DNA of 64,000 nucleotides from Diplonema japonicum. Its lineage: Eukaryota; Protista; Euglenozoa: Diplonemea. A program made the position numbers and the translations under genes. Under the pieces are notes generated by a model. That model was not told the origin of the DNA and ran no database searches. It saw nothing but the letters and a program-made list of their open reading frames with translations. Shown one piece after another: positions 63,284 through 64,000 of this stretch (positions are counted from its first letter, which is position 1; every line of letters begins with the position of its first letter). The stretch spans positions 186,001 through 250,000 of the forward strand of contig OZ025668.1 in NCBI GenBank assembly GCA_964019335.1, written 5' to 3'.

Positions 63284-63745
63284 CTTTTGTTTTTTCTCTC
63301 CGTTTTTCTTTTTTTTTTCAATAATAACCTCCTGCTTCCTTTTTTTTTTTTTGCGATAGATTCTTCTTTTTTTTTTTTTCTTCTAAGGAAAAGAAAACAA
63401 ACTAAAGAATAAAGAGAGAGGAAGAAAAATATATATGGAGATGTTCAGGTTTTTTTTTTTTTCTTTTTGTTGTTCCATGGTTTTAAATCTTTTATTTTCT
63501 TTTATTTGCTGCTTTTTCTGTTCAATTCAAAGGGAAAAAAAAAAACAGCAAAAACATAAAAGGGGGGGGTAGAGAAAGAAAAGAAATACGAGTCAAACAC
63601 GCTCTATTTTGAAACGAGAGGAAGGAGTCACGCCTTCTTTTTCTTTCAACATGGGTTGTTGAAAGTCAAGCCACGTGACGATAAAGGGGCATTAGCTTTT
63701 TTATTTTTATTTTTTTTTGATTTCCCATCTCTGACACCTGGGATC

Positions 63746-64000
63746 TCAAAGCAACAGGACAGCGCAGAGAAGGCAGAGGATGGCCAGGGCAGACACAGGG
63801 TGTGCGGCGGGGGCCGAGTTCATACGCGAGTTGAAGTCGTCCCAGGAGAGGAAGCCGGTGACACTCTTGTTGGCGTTGAGCTCCACGTACTGGCAGTGGA
63901 TGTCGATGGTGAGGGGTGCCACGAACTCAAGGATGGTGGAGAGGGTGGTGCTCCCAGAGGTGCCTGTCGCGCAGGTTCCGAATCGCTGCACGAGCCTCGA
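63746..64000 (-). CDS. 3' end of a probable GPI-anchored or surface protein (5' part outside the window)
   Basis: Open frame to the window edge ending NSAPAAHPVSALAILCLLCAVLLL*: small residues followed by a hydrophobic tail. Confidence 0.65.
   Translation of the reverse strand, partial: SRLVQRFGTCATGTSGSTTLSTILEFVAPLTIDIHCQYVELNANKSVTGFLSWDDFNSRMNSAPAAHPVSALAILCLLCAVLLL

Noticed and set aside
1-64000. tRNA, rRNA or snRNA genes
   Set aside because: None recognised by eye; tRNAscan-SE and Infernal would be needed to exclude them.

Overview
Eukaryotic nuclear DNA, most likely a euglenozoan (diplomenid/kinetoplastid-like). That assignment is inferred from three things: a 16-nt spliced-leader relic, GTATGG intron donors, and about 19 host genes that all lie on the minus strand with very short spacers in places. 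Left to right: the 5' part of a myosin; a transposon-rich spacer (APE-type LINE remnant, Crypton-like tyrosine-recombinase element, defective piggyBac); a tandem array of six multi-pass membrane class III adenylyl cyclases (7.3-38.7 kb) interleaved with repeats and a decayed LINE; then a compact gene block. That block holds ARFRP1, a Kir channel, a 1764-aa LRR protein, a secreted unknown, a SHOCT protein, NOL10, a sterol desaturase-family enzyme, a reticulon, a RING/EF-hand/MIB-HERC2/RanBP2-finger protein, an EF-hand protein, a five-intron RRM-R3H protein and the 3' end of a probable GPI-anchored protein. Main highlights: (1) the six cyclases are combinatorial mosaics of near-identical and variable blocks, each with a complete cyclase domain plus a degenerate second one; (2) 35-62 nt GT-AG introns, most with poly(A) instead of a polypyrimidine tract before the AG; (3) a retrotransposon carrying a spliced-leader relic at its 5' end and a pseudo-OTU domain; (4) Crypton-like hairpin-ended elements. 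All family assignments come from motif recognition by eye; no searches were run.
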